A DNA stretch of 45,185 bases from Escherichia phage LL11. Under the pieces are notes generated by a model, which saw only the letters and a list, made by a program, of their open reading frames with translations, was not told the DNA's origin and ran no database searches. The stretch's first letter is position 1. Each line of letters begins with the position of its first letter. Shown one piece after another: positions 17,123 through 25,142 of the stretch. Where the stretch lies: sequence record NC_048064.1; one strand, given 5' to 3'. Both the position numbers and the translations under genes were made by a program.

Positions 17123-18122
17123 GCTTCGCAGCTTGTACAAAGACTCCGAGGTACTTGATGCAATCGAGCAAGCTACCGACGAGAAAGGTAATGTTAATTA
17201 CAATGAGATGGCACGTGTATTATCGTGTCACCCTGTGGGTAAGAAGATTACCCGCCAGTTGGCTCGATACTGGCATGGTCAATTCAAGAAGACCAAGAAG
17301 AATGGTGATTATTACCAGACTCTTCTGCAAGAAGATAAGCGTATCAAAGAAGAGCGTAAGCTCAGGACTCCTGACCGCTACGAGGATTTGGCTATTGTGC
17401 CATTGCCTGACTCGCCTCATCGAAGTGTACTGGTGATCCCTGATACTCATGCACCTTATGAGCACCCAGATACCCTAGAGTTCCTTGCAGCCGTGGCAGC
17501 ACGTTACCGTCCAGACACAGTGGTACACCTAGGAGATGAGGCAGACAAACATGCCCTGTCATTCCATGATTCGGATCCAAATTTGGACAGTGCTGGCATG
17601 GAGTTAGAGAAAGCTCGTGTCTTCATGCACAAGTTGCACAAGATGTTTCCTGTGATGCGCCTGTGTCACTCTAATCACGGCTCTATGCACTTCCGTAAGG
17701 CAAGCGCCAAGGGTATTCCAGTGCAATATCTTCGTACCTACCGAGAAGTCTTCTTCCCGCAGGGAGGTGGCGACCAGTGGGATTGGCAGCATACGCATGT
17801 ACTTGAGTTGCCGAATGGCGAACAGGTGGCATTCAAGCATCAACCTGCTGGCTCGGTCCTAGCAGATGCAGCGCATGAGCGTATGAATCTTGTGTGTGGT
17901 CACTTGCATGGTAAGATGTCTGTGGAGTACGCACGTAATACACATGAACAGTATTGGGCTGTGCAGGGTGGCTGCTTAATTGATGAGTCATCCCGTGCAT
18001 TTGCCTATGGGCGTGAGTCTAAATACAAGCCAGCATTAGGTTGTGTGGTTATTCTGGAAGGTGTGCCTCATATTGTCCCGATGCAAACCAATAGCAACAA
18101 TCGCTGGATTGGTAAGATTTAG
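17115..18122 (+). CDS. metallophosphoesterase (calcineurin-like phosphatase)
   Basis: Motifs VIPDTHAPYEH, HLGDEAD, CHSNHG, CGHLHG; start taken as TTG 17115, 6 nt after AGGAGG (in-frame ATG at 17208 is the alternative); the track start 16983 overlaps the resolvase gene. Confidence 0.7.
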   Translation: MGKLRSLYKDSEVLDAIEQATDEKGNVNYNEMARVLSCHPVGKKITRQLARYWHGQFKKTKKNGDYYQTLLQEDKRIKEERKLRTPDRYEDLAIVPLPDSPHRSVLVIPDTHAPYEHPDTLEFLAAVAARYRPDTVVHLGDEADKHALSFHDSDPNLDSAGMELEKARVFMHKLHKMFPVMRLCHSNHGSMHFRKASAKGIPVQYLRTYREVFFPQGGGDQWDWQHTHVLELPNGEQVAFKHQPAGSVLADAAHERMNLVCGHLHGKMSVEYARNTHEQYWAVQGGCLIDESSRAFAYGRESKYKPALGCVVILEGVPHIVPMQTNSNNRWIGKI

Positions 18123-18139
18123 TTGACACTATAGAACAA
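18117..18139 (+). promoter_or_regulatory. phage RNAP promoter, SP6-like variant
   Basis: ATTTAGTTGACACTATAGAACAA overlapping the phosphoesterase stop; followed by hairpin AGGGCAGG-TACTAG-CTTGCCCT and the shared 13-mer TGATTGTGTAGTG. Confidence 0.7.
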
Positions 18140-18190
18140 AGGGCAGGTACTAGCTTGCCCTTGATTGTGTAGTGAATGGAGGAATTAATT

Positions 18191-18661
18191 ATGTCAAATA
18201 TTGATATTGGCGAATACGTCGTACGCCGTGCAGCTTACCGAGATGCCAACTGGAATAAACTGTGTGAAAGCTTAAACAAGAAACCAGATGAGGTATTCAA
18301 AGTATCCCGTGCAGAACCTAATTATAACTCTATCATGTTAGAAGGTGTGGAGAAGCGCGAATGGTATGCACCTTACTTCAAGGTTGTTGACTCATTGCAA
18401 GGTGAAGATCCTGACACGTTGGACAACAATATGGTTACTAAACCAAAACACTACGAGTTCTTTGATGGCGTAGAGGCAATCACTATCATTGCCCGCAGTA
18501 TGACTGAAAAGCAATTCGCTGGGTACTGCATGGGTAATGCCCTTAAGTATCGCCTGCGTGCGGGTAAGAAGTTCAATACTGAAGAAGACCTGAAGAAAGC
18601 AGATTACTACAAAGAGTTATTCCAGAAGCATCGTCACGAATGTATTGATGAGGATATTTGA
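18191..18661 (+). CDS. hypothetical protein with DUF3310-like C-terminal region
   Basis: ATG 18191 with GGAGGA RBS; C-terminal PKHYEFFDGVEAITIIARSMTEKQFAGYCMGNALKYRLRAGKK pattern recalls DUF3310 phage proteins (from memory). Confidence 0.5.
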   Translation: MSNIDIGEYVVRRAAYRDANWNKLCESLNKKPDEVFKVSRAEPNYNSIMLEGVEKREWYAPYFKVVDSLQGEDPDTLDNNMVTKPKHYEFFDGVEAITIIARSMTEKQFAGYCMGNALKYRLRAGKKFNTEEDLKKADYYKELFQKHRHECIDEDI

Positions 18662-18662
18662 T

Positions 18663-19610
18663 ATGAATATCTTTGAGTTCCTAGGTCTTCCAGAAGATCA
18701 CCGCAATCACCCATTCATGCTGGTGAAGCATCGCGGTGAAGTTCCTGAGAAGAAATTAACTTTTCCATGTTATGCACAGGTGAAACGAGATGGAATATTC
18801 AGTGCTGTTGTGGTGCGCAATGATGGTGCTGTTGCCATCTTTGGTCGTACTGGTAAGAAGCTCGCAAATGTTGAATCCTTGGAAAAGACATTTAGTGTAT
18901 TTCCTGTCGGGTTGTATCTTGGTGAGTTGCAATCTATGGCTGTTGATGTTTATCTTGAAGCTCTGTCAGGAGTGGTAAACCCTAATCGTACAGAGCCACT
19001 TGACTTCATAGGCCAGCAGATTAAAGACAACCTGTATATCGACTTCTTCGATATATTAACCATTAAGGCATTCCATGATGGATTCACTGATGTTTCTTAT
19101 CTCAAACGTTACGATGCTTTACATCGTCGCATCGGCGCTCATCTTAGCGGGTACAACGCTATCCTTCCTATTACTCCTTGCCATAATGAGCGAGAAGTTG
19201 AAGCGTTTGCGCAAGAGCAGATAGACGCAGGCCGAGAGGGTGCTGTATTCAAACTGGACTGCGATTATGAAGCAGGCCACAAAGGTTATCGTCAGACTAA
19301 AGAAGTCCGTAAGGTAACTTATGACCTTACTTGTATTGGCTTTGAAGAAGGTAAAGGTAAGTACAAAGGTAAGGTAGCTAACCTCATTTTCAAATGGAAA
19401 GGAGGCAAGACAATCAAAGCTATGCTCGGTAAAGGGTGGACTCATGCAGATGCAGAACAGATGTTCCACGATATTAAACATGGCGGACGATTGAATGTCA
19501 TTGGTAAAATCTTTGAAGTCAAAGGTCTTCAGGATTCAAGCAAGGGCAACATTCGTCTGCCCAAAGCGGGAGAATTAAGACATGACAAAGATGAACCAGA
19601 TTTCTTTTGA
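18663..19610 (+). CDS. ATP-dependent DNA ligase
   Basis: KxDG adenylation motif (AQVKRDGIF), further nucleotidyltransferase-like blocks; start ATG 18663 with GAGGA RBS (track start 18645 is a TTG). Confidence 0.8.
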   Translation: MNIFEFLGLPEDHRNHPFMLVKHRGEVPEKKLTFPCYAQVKRDGIFSAVVVRNDGAVAIFGRTGKKLANVESLEKTFSVFPVGLYLGELQSMAVDVYLEALSGVVNPNRTEPLDFIGQQIKDNLYIDFFDILTIKAFHDGFTDVSYLKRYDALHRRIGAHLSGYNAILPITPCHNEREVEAFAQEQIDAGREGAVFKLDCDYEAGHKGYRQTKEVRKVTYDLTCIGFEEGKGKYKGKVANLIFKWKGGKTIKAMLGKGWTHADAEQMFHDIKHGGRLNVIGKIFEVKGLQDSSKGNIRLPKAGELRHDKDEPDFF

Positions 19611-19797
19611 TTCCATGAAGGCAACTCGTGCCGTTGAGGTGGCTGAGGCTATCTTTGAAACTTTATCCTGTGGCATGGAAGTGCCATATACTTTACTTGC
19701 TGATGCAGAAGAGCTTGGTCTTTCTGTAGAAGCTATCCAAGAGAAGGTTGAAGAACTCTATGGTACAGACGAAGAAGAAACCGACGATTTCATTTGA
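19582..19797 (+). CDS. hypothetical acidic protein (71 aa)
   Basis: ORF track; GGGAGAA RBS; acidic C-terminus. Confidence 0.45.
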   Translation: MTKMNQISFDSMKATRAVEVAEAIFETLSCGMEVPYTLLADAEELGLSVEAIQEKVEELYGTDEEETDDFI

Positions 19798-19801
19798 AGG
19801 G

Positions 19802-19930
19802 ATGGAGATGCTTGAGATGATTCTCAAGCCTTCCTCTCCGAAAGTGACTAAGACTCACGAAGAGTTAATAGTAGATGAAGTGAAGCGTTACATTATGGAT
19901 TGTGTCAGAGCACAACTGGTGGTTCGATGA
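19802..19930 (+). CDS. hypothetical small protein (42 aa)
   Basis: ATG 19802 with AAGGGA RBS; stop overlaps the GNAT start (ATGA). Confidence 0.3.
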   Translation: MEMLEMILKPSSPKVTKTHEELIVDEVKRYIMDCVRAQLVVR

Positions 19931-20388
19931 TACGTCCAGCTTCCTTCCTAGATATTCCTGAGATTATTAATCTCGGGGACAAGTATGTAGAAGAAGAAGT
20001 CAAAGTGGTGGCACATCATTCTGCGTCGTGGAATGCGGAACAAAGTGCAGCTAACCTATGTGCCTCTCTAATCAGAGATGATTTATTCCTGTGGGTGGCT
20101 GTAGATGAAGGGCAGATTGTAGGCTTCCTGTGGGCTGGCTATCACGACCTAGCACCTTGGACGTCAGTGCGTGTTGCATCGGATATTCTCTTCTATGTTG
20201 TACCGGAGAAGCGAGGGACGCTACTTGGTATGCGACTAATCAAGGCCTATAAGCAATGGGCTTTCGAGAAGGAGTGTGCCGAAGTTAGATTATCTATCGC
20301 ATCTGGTATCAATGAAGAACGTGTTGGACGTATGTATAGGCGAATGGGCTTTGAGACGTTCGGCACTGTGTATAACTTAAAACTCTAA
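19927..20388 (+). CDS. GNAT-family N-acetyltransferase
   Basis: MIRPASFLDIPEI..., QIVGFLWAGY, RGTLLGMRLIKAYKQWAFEKECAEVRL resemble the acetyl-CoA binding core of GNAT enzymes. Confidence 0.7.
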   Translation: MIRPASFLDIPEIINLGDKYVEEEVKVVAHHSASWNAEQSAANLCASLIRDDLFLWVAVDEGQIVGFLWAGYHDLAPWTSVRVASDILFYVVPEKRGTLLGMRLIKAYKQWAFEKECAEVRLSIASGINEERVGRMYRRMGFETFGTVYNLKL

Positions 20389-20397
20389 GGAGATAAC

Positions 20398-20607
20398 ATG
20401 GGTGTCGTGAAGAAGGCATTTAAAGCAATTGGTCTTGCACCCGATACGCCGAAAATTGAGGCAGCGAAAGTGCCAGCACAACAATTAGAACGTCAGCCTG
20501 AGACGGAAGCAGAAGATGTGACGCTGGGTCAGGACGAGGACACCACAACCACTTCTCGTGGTAAGCGTGGGTTAGTTCGCCCTGTAGCATCAAGCTTAGG
20601 AGTATAA
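20398..20607 (+). CDS. small virion-associated-type protein (gp6.7-like), tentative
   Basis: 69 aa low-complexity protein just upstream of the portal gene; AAGGAGA RBS. Confidence 0.4.
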   Translation: MGVVKKAFKAIGLAPDTPKIEAAKVPAQQLERQPETEAEDVTLGQDEDTTTTSRGKRGLVRPVASSLGV

Positions 20608-20611
20608 TATA

Positions 20612-22159
20612 ATGCAAGACACCGACCTTGAGTATGGTGGTAAGCGGTCGAAGATACCTAAGCTTTGGGAGAAGCTATCTACTAAGCGTAACCCTTTCAT
20701 AGACAGGGCAAAGCACTATGCTAGGTTGACTTTGCCTTACCTCATGAATGAGGAGGGAGACAACAATACCTCTCAGAATGGGTGGCAAGGTGTAGGTGCT
20801 CAGGCCACTAACCACTTAGCTAACAAGTTAGCGCAAGTTCTCTTCCCGGCTCAACGCTCTTTCTTCCGAGTAGACTTGACAGCAAAAGGGGAGAAGATAT
20901 TAAACAACAGAGGTCTTAAGAAGACCAAATTAGCTACACTGTTTGCTCAAGTAGAGACTGCTGCTATGAAGCAATTAGAGCAGCGGCAGTTCCGCCCAGC
21001 GGTGGTGGAGTGCTTCAAGCATTTGATTGTTGCTGGCAACTGTATGTTGTACAAGCCAAGCAAGGGTGCAATCAGTGCTATACCTATGCACCACTATGTA
21101 GTTAATAGAGATGCCAATGGTGAACTGCTGGATATTATCTTACTGCAAGAGAAGGCTCTCAAGACATTCGACCCTGCAACTCGCATGGCTATTGAAGTAG
21201 GCATGAAGGGTAAGAAGTGCAAAGACAGTGATAATGTGAAACTCTACACACACGCCAAGTATGAGGGTGAAGGTTTTTGGGAATTAAAGCAATCAGCAGA
21301 TGATATTCCTATTGGTGAATCTAGCAGAATCAAGGCTGATAAACTCCCATTCATCCCTCTTACTTGGAAGAGGTCGTATGGGGAAGACTGGGGTCGCCCT
21401 CTTGCAGAGGATTATTCTGGGGATTTATTCGTAATCCAATTCCTGTCCGAAGCAGTTGCACGTGGCGCTGCTTTGATGTCCGACATTAAATACCTGATTC
21501 GTCCAGGTGCTCAGACAGATGTAGACCATTTTGTTAATTCGGGAACGGGTGAAGTAATCACTGGCGTGGAAGAGGACATCCATATTGTACAATTAGGGAA
21601 GTATGCAGATCTAACACCAATAAGTGCGGTGCTAGAAGTTTATACCCGCCGTATCGGCGTAGTCTTTATGATGGAGACTATGACGCGACGAGATGCAGAA
21701 CGTGTAACTGCTGTAGAGATACAGCGAGATGCTCTTGAGATTGAGCAGAACATGGGTGGCGTGTATTCCCTCTTTGCTACGACCATGCAGACTCCCGTGG
21801 CTATGTGGGGTTTGCTTGATGCAGGTGACTCTTTCACTAGTGACCTAGTAGACCCTGTTATCATCACAGGCATTGAAGCGTTAGGTCGCATGGCAGAGTT
21901 GGATAAGCTGGCTAACTTTGCTCAGTATATGGCATTACCTATGAGTTGGCCTGAGCCGGTACAGGCAGCAGTAAACTGGCCGGATTATATGGATTGGGTT
22001 CGTGGTCAGATCTCTGCTGAACTTCCATTCTTAAAGTCAGAAGAGCAGATGAAGCAAGAACAAGCACAGATGGCACAAGCACAGCAAGAGCAGATGCTTA
22101 ATGAAGGAGTAGCTAAAGCTGTGCCGGGTGTCATTCAACAAGAACTTAAGGAGGCGTAA
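20612..22159 (+). CDS. portal (head-to-tail connector) protein
   Basis: 515 aa; blocks such as GERVTAVEIQRD and GGVYS recall T7 gp8; followed by scaffold and capsid genes. Confidence 0.9.
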   Translation: MQDTDLEYGGKRSKIPKLWEKLSTKRNPFIDRAKHYARLTLPYLMNEEGDNNTSQNGWQGVGAQATNHLANKLAQVLFPAQRSFFRVDLTAKGEKILNNRGLKKTKLATLFAQVETAAMKQLEQRQFRPAVVECFKHLIVAGNCMLYKPSKGAISAIPMHHYVVNRDANGELLDIILLQEKALKTFDPATRMAIEVGMKGKKCKDSDNVKLYTHAKYEGEGFWELKQSADDIPIGESSRIKADKLPFIPLTWKRSYGEDWGRPLAEDYSGDLFVIQFLSEAVARGAALMSDIKYLIRPGAQTDVDHFVNSGTGEVITGVEEDIHIVQLGKYADLTPISAVLEVYTRRIGVVFMMETMTRRDAERVTAVEIQRDALEIEQNMGGVYSLFATTMQTPVAMWGLLDAGDSFTSDLVDPVIITGIEALGRMAELDKLANFAQYMALPMSWPEPVQAAVNWPDYMDWVRGQISAELPFLKSEEQMKQEQAQMAQAQQEQMLNEGVAKAVPGVIQQELKEA

Positions 22160-23067
22160 TGTCTTTTGAAATTATTAATGAACCTGTAAGTCAGTCTGAC
22201 GTTACTGAATCTAAGGAGGCTGCTGATGTTACTACTACCGACACTGATTCTACTGTTGATTCTTCTGGCAGCGATGTACAAGCTGACACAGGCAGTACAA
22301 ATGTACAAGACACCGGAGGAGCTGATATTGGAGAAGATGCAGGACAAGGAGAAGCATCTAGTGGATCGTATGATAAATCTGAGCCAGATGGTTCCTCGGA
22401 CGAAGATGTACGGTTCTTCTTCGGCGAGCAAGAAGTAGAGATTGAAATCCCTGAGGATGTATCCACTGCCTTGAAAGAGAAAGGCATTGATGCAATGCAG
22501 GTAGCCAAGGAGCTTTACGGTGAAGGTGGTAAGTTTGAGCTTAAGGAAGAGACAAAGCAGAAGCTGTATGACGCATTTGGAAAGTTCGCAGTAGACGCTT
22601 ATCTGAATGGACTAAAGGCATCTAACGAGGCATTCCTCATTAAATCTGAAGCCCAAGCTAAAGAAGCAGAAGCAGCAGATGCCCAACGCTTTACCGATAT
22701 TGCATCTGAGGTTGGCGGGGAGGAAGGCTGGTCACGCCTTGAGGGGTGGGCACTTGAAACCCTCTCTGACGAGGAGCTAACCGCGTTTAATGCTGTTATG
22801 GCCTCTGGCAACCAGTACCTGCAACAATATGCTGTTCGTGAACTGGAGGGTCGCCGTAAGCAGGCACAGGGGGACGATAAGCCATCCCTGATTGAGCCAT
22901 CAGCACCTGCTAAGGCTAATGAAGAGAATGGCCCACTGACGCGAGATCAGTACGTTCAAGCAATCGCAACTCTTAGCCAGAAGTACGGCAATGACCGTAA
23001 AGCTATGGCAGAAGCTCAGGCTAAACTGGACGCCCGTCGCCGTGCTGGCATGGCTCGCGGTATCTAA
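22159..23067 (+). CDS. capsid assembly scaffolding protein
   Basis: 302 aa acidic, helix-rich protein between portal and major capsid genes; start overlaps portal stop (TAATG). Confidence 0.8.
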   Translation: MSFEIINEPVSQSDVTESKEAADVTTTDTDSTVDSSGSDVQADTGSTNVQDTGGADIGEDAGQGEASSGSYDKSEPDGSSDEDVRFFFGEQEVEIEIPEDVSTALKEKGIDAMQVAKELYGEGGKFELKEETKQKLYDAFGKFAVDAYLNGLKASNEAFLIKSEAQAKEAEAADAQRFTDIASEVGGEEGWSRLEGWALETLSDEELTAFNAVMASGNQYLQQYAVRELEGRRKQAQGDDKPSLIEPSAPAKANEENGPLTRDQYVQAIATLSQKYGNDRKAMAEAQAKLDARRRAGMARGI

Positions 23068-23073
23068 TTCAGT

Positions 23074-23096
23074 ATTTACTGGACACTATAGAAGGG
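23074..23096 (+). promoter_or_regulatory. phage RNAP promoter for the major capsid gene
   Basis: ATTTACTGGACACTATAGAAGGG followed by leader hairpin GGGAGAAAAGTTCTCCC. Confidence 0.8.
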
Positions 23097-23146
23097 AGAA
23101 AAGTTCTCCCTAGTTATCAATTTGATTTATAAGGAGATTATAATAC

Positions 23147-24346
23147 ATGTCTACACCGAATACTCTGACTAACGTTGCTGTATCTGCGTCCGGTGAGGTT
23201 GACAGCCTTCTCATTGAGAAGTTTAATGGTAAGGTCAATGAGCAGTACCTGAAAGGTGAGAACATTCTGTCTTACTTTGATGTACAAACTGTTACTGGCA
23301 CTAACACAGTGAGCAACAAATATTTGGGCGAAACTGAGTTGCAGGTGCTAGCACCGGGTCAGTCTCCTAATGCCACCCCTACTCAGGCGGATAAAAACCA
23401 GTTGGTAATTGATACCACTGTCATTGCTCGTAACACTGTGGCCCACATCCACGATGTACAAGGTGACATCGATAGCCTGAAACCAAAACTGGCTATGAAC
23501 CAAGCCAAGCAACTGAAACGTCTGGAGGACCAGATGGCAATTCAGCAGATGCTGTTAGGCGGTATTGCTAACACCAAGGCCAAACGTAACAAGCCGCGTG
23601 TTAAAGGGCATGGATTCTCTATCAACGTTAACGTAACTGAGAGTGAAGCACTGGCTAACCCTCAGTATGTTATGGCTGCGGTAGAGTATGCTCTGGAGCA
23701 ACAGCTTGAGCAGGAAGTGGATATCTCTGATGTAGCGATTCTGATGCCGTGGAAATTCTTCAACTCTCTGCGTGACGCAGACCGCATTGTAGATAAGACT
23801 TACACTATTAGTCAGTCCGGTGCTACTATCAGTGGCTTTGTTCTGTCTTCCTACAACTGCCCTGTTATCCCGTCTAACCGATTCCCGACATTTGTACAGG
23901 GTGCTCCACATCACTTACTGTCTAACGAAGATAACGGTTATCGTTATGACCCTACCGCAAAGATGAACGGCGCTGTAGCTGTGCTGTTTACTGCTGATGC
24001 ATTGCTGGTAGGTCGCACCATTGAAGTAACAGGTGACATCTTCTATGAGAAGAAAGAGAAGACTTATTATATTGATACCTTCATGGCTGAAGGTGCAATC
24101 CCTGACCGCTGGGAGGCTGTGTCTGTAGTTACCACTAAACGCGACGAAACCTCTGGTGCTGCTCTTGGTAAAGGCGACGATCACGACACTGTACTGGCTC
24201 GTGCACAGCGTAAGGCTGTCTACGTCAAGACCGCAGGTGCTGCCGCATTATCCGCTGCTAGCCTGCAAGCAGAAGACTTAGTAGCCGCTGTACGTGCTGT
24301 AATGGCTAATGACGTCAAGCCGACTGCACTGAAACCTACTGAGTAA
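23147..24346 (+). CDS. major capsid protein
   Basis: 399 aa; dedicated promoter, strong RBS AAGGAGA, highly-expressed codon usage, terminator immediately downstream. Confidence 0.9.
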   Translation: MSTPNTLTNVAVSASGEVDSLLIEKFNGKVNEQYLKGENILSYFDVQTVTGTNTVSNKYLGETELQVLAPGQSPNATPTQADKNQLVIDTTVIARNTVAHIHDVQGDIDSLKPKLAMNQAKQLKRLEDQMAIQQMLLGGIANTKAKRNKPRVKGHGFSINVNVTESEALANPQYVMAAVEYALEQQLEQEVDISDVAILMPWKFFNSLRDADRIVDKTYTISQSGATISGFVLSSYNCPVIPSNRFPTFVQGAPHHLLSNEDNGYRYDPTAKMNGAVAVLFTADALLVGRTIEVTGDIFYEKKEKTYYIDTFMAEGAIPDRWEAVSVVTTKRDETSGAALGKGDDHDTVLARAQRKAVYVKTAGAAALSAASLQAEDLVAAVRAVMANDVKPTALKPTE

Positions 24347-24355
24347 TAACCTATG

Positions 24356-24390
24356 CCCTATCTACCTTGCGTAGGTAGGGTTCTTTTGTT
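24356..24390 (+). terminator. rho-independent terminator after the major capsid gene
   Basis: CCCTATCTACC-TTGCG-TAGGTAGGG stem-loop followed by TTCTTTTGTTT. Confidence 0.75.
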
Positions 24391-24401
24391 TAGGAGGATT
24401 C

Positions 24402-25142
24402 ATGCCTTTAATTCAAAATACAAGTGATGTAGGCCGTATCATGGCTGAGGCTTCCTTCAATATCATTGATAGCAAGCTGGAAGCAGTTAACCTGTGTATG
24501 CGAGCTATTGGTCGTGAGGGTGTGGATTCCCTTGACTCTGGCGACTTAGATGCTGAAGATGCTAATAAGATTATTGATATTGTATCCCAGCGGTTCCAGT
24601 ACAACAAGGGTGGTGGTTGGTGGTTTAACAGAGAACCTAATTGGCTACTTAAACCTGACACAAATGGTGAAGTAAACATGCCTAACAATTGTCTTGCTGT
24701 TCTCCAATGTTATGCTCTAGGTGAACGTAAAGTACCTATGACTATACGCGCAGGCAAGTTGTACTCTGTTTGGAATCACACTTTCGATATGTCAAAGTAT
24801 GTGAATCAGGATGGGCGTATTAGGTTGACTCTGGTGACATTACTGCCTTTCGAGCATCTACCTGCAAGTGTAATGCAGGCCATTGCCTATCAGGCTGCCG
24901 TAGAGTTTATTGTGTCTAAAGATGCAGATAAGACTAAACTACAAGCACACCAGCAGGTTGCAGCACAATTGATGATTGATGTTCAGTCAGAGCAGTCTTC
25001 TCAGAAGAGGCTTAATATGCTTGTACATAACCCCACTCAGCGCAACTTTGGCATCATGGCAGGTGGATCTCAGAATGTACCAGCGTTCTCCTATTCACCT
25101 TATGACACTTACCCTGTAAGGCCGTGGGAGGTTGATAGATAA
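24402..25142 (+). CDS. tail tubular protein A (gp11-like)
   Basis: 246 aa, first gene after the capsid terminator, followed by the large tail tube B gene. Confidence 0.8.
   Translation: MPLIQNTSDVGRIMAEASFNIIDSKLEAVNLCMRAIGREGVDSLDSGDLDAEDANKIIDIVSQRFQYNKGGGWWFNREPNWLLKPDTNGEVNMPNNCLAVLQCYALGERKVPMTIRAGKLYSVWNHTFDMSKYVNQDGRIRLTLVTLLPFEHLPASVMQAIAYQAAVEFIVSKDADKTKLQAHQQVAAQLMIDVQSEQSSQKRLNMLVHNPTQRNFGIMAGGSQNVPAFSYSPYDTYPVRPWEVDR

Noticed and set aside
16983-18122. Track ORF start at 16983 for the phosphoesterase
   Set aside because: It would overlap most of the resolvase gene in another frame; a TTG at 17115 with an AGGAGG RBS (or ATG 17208) is more plausible
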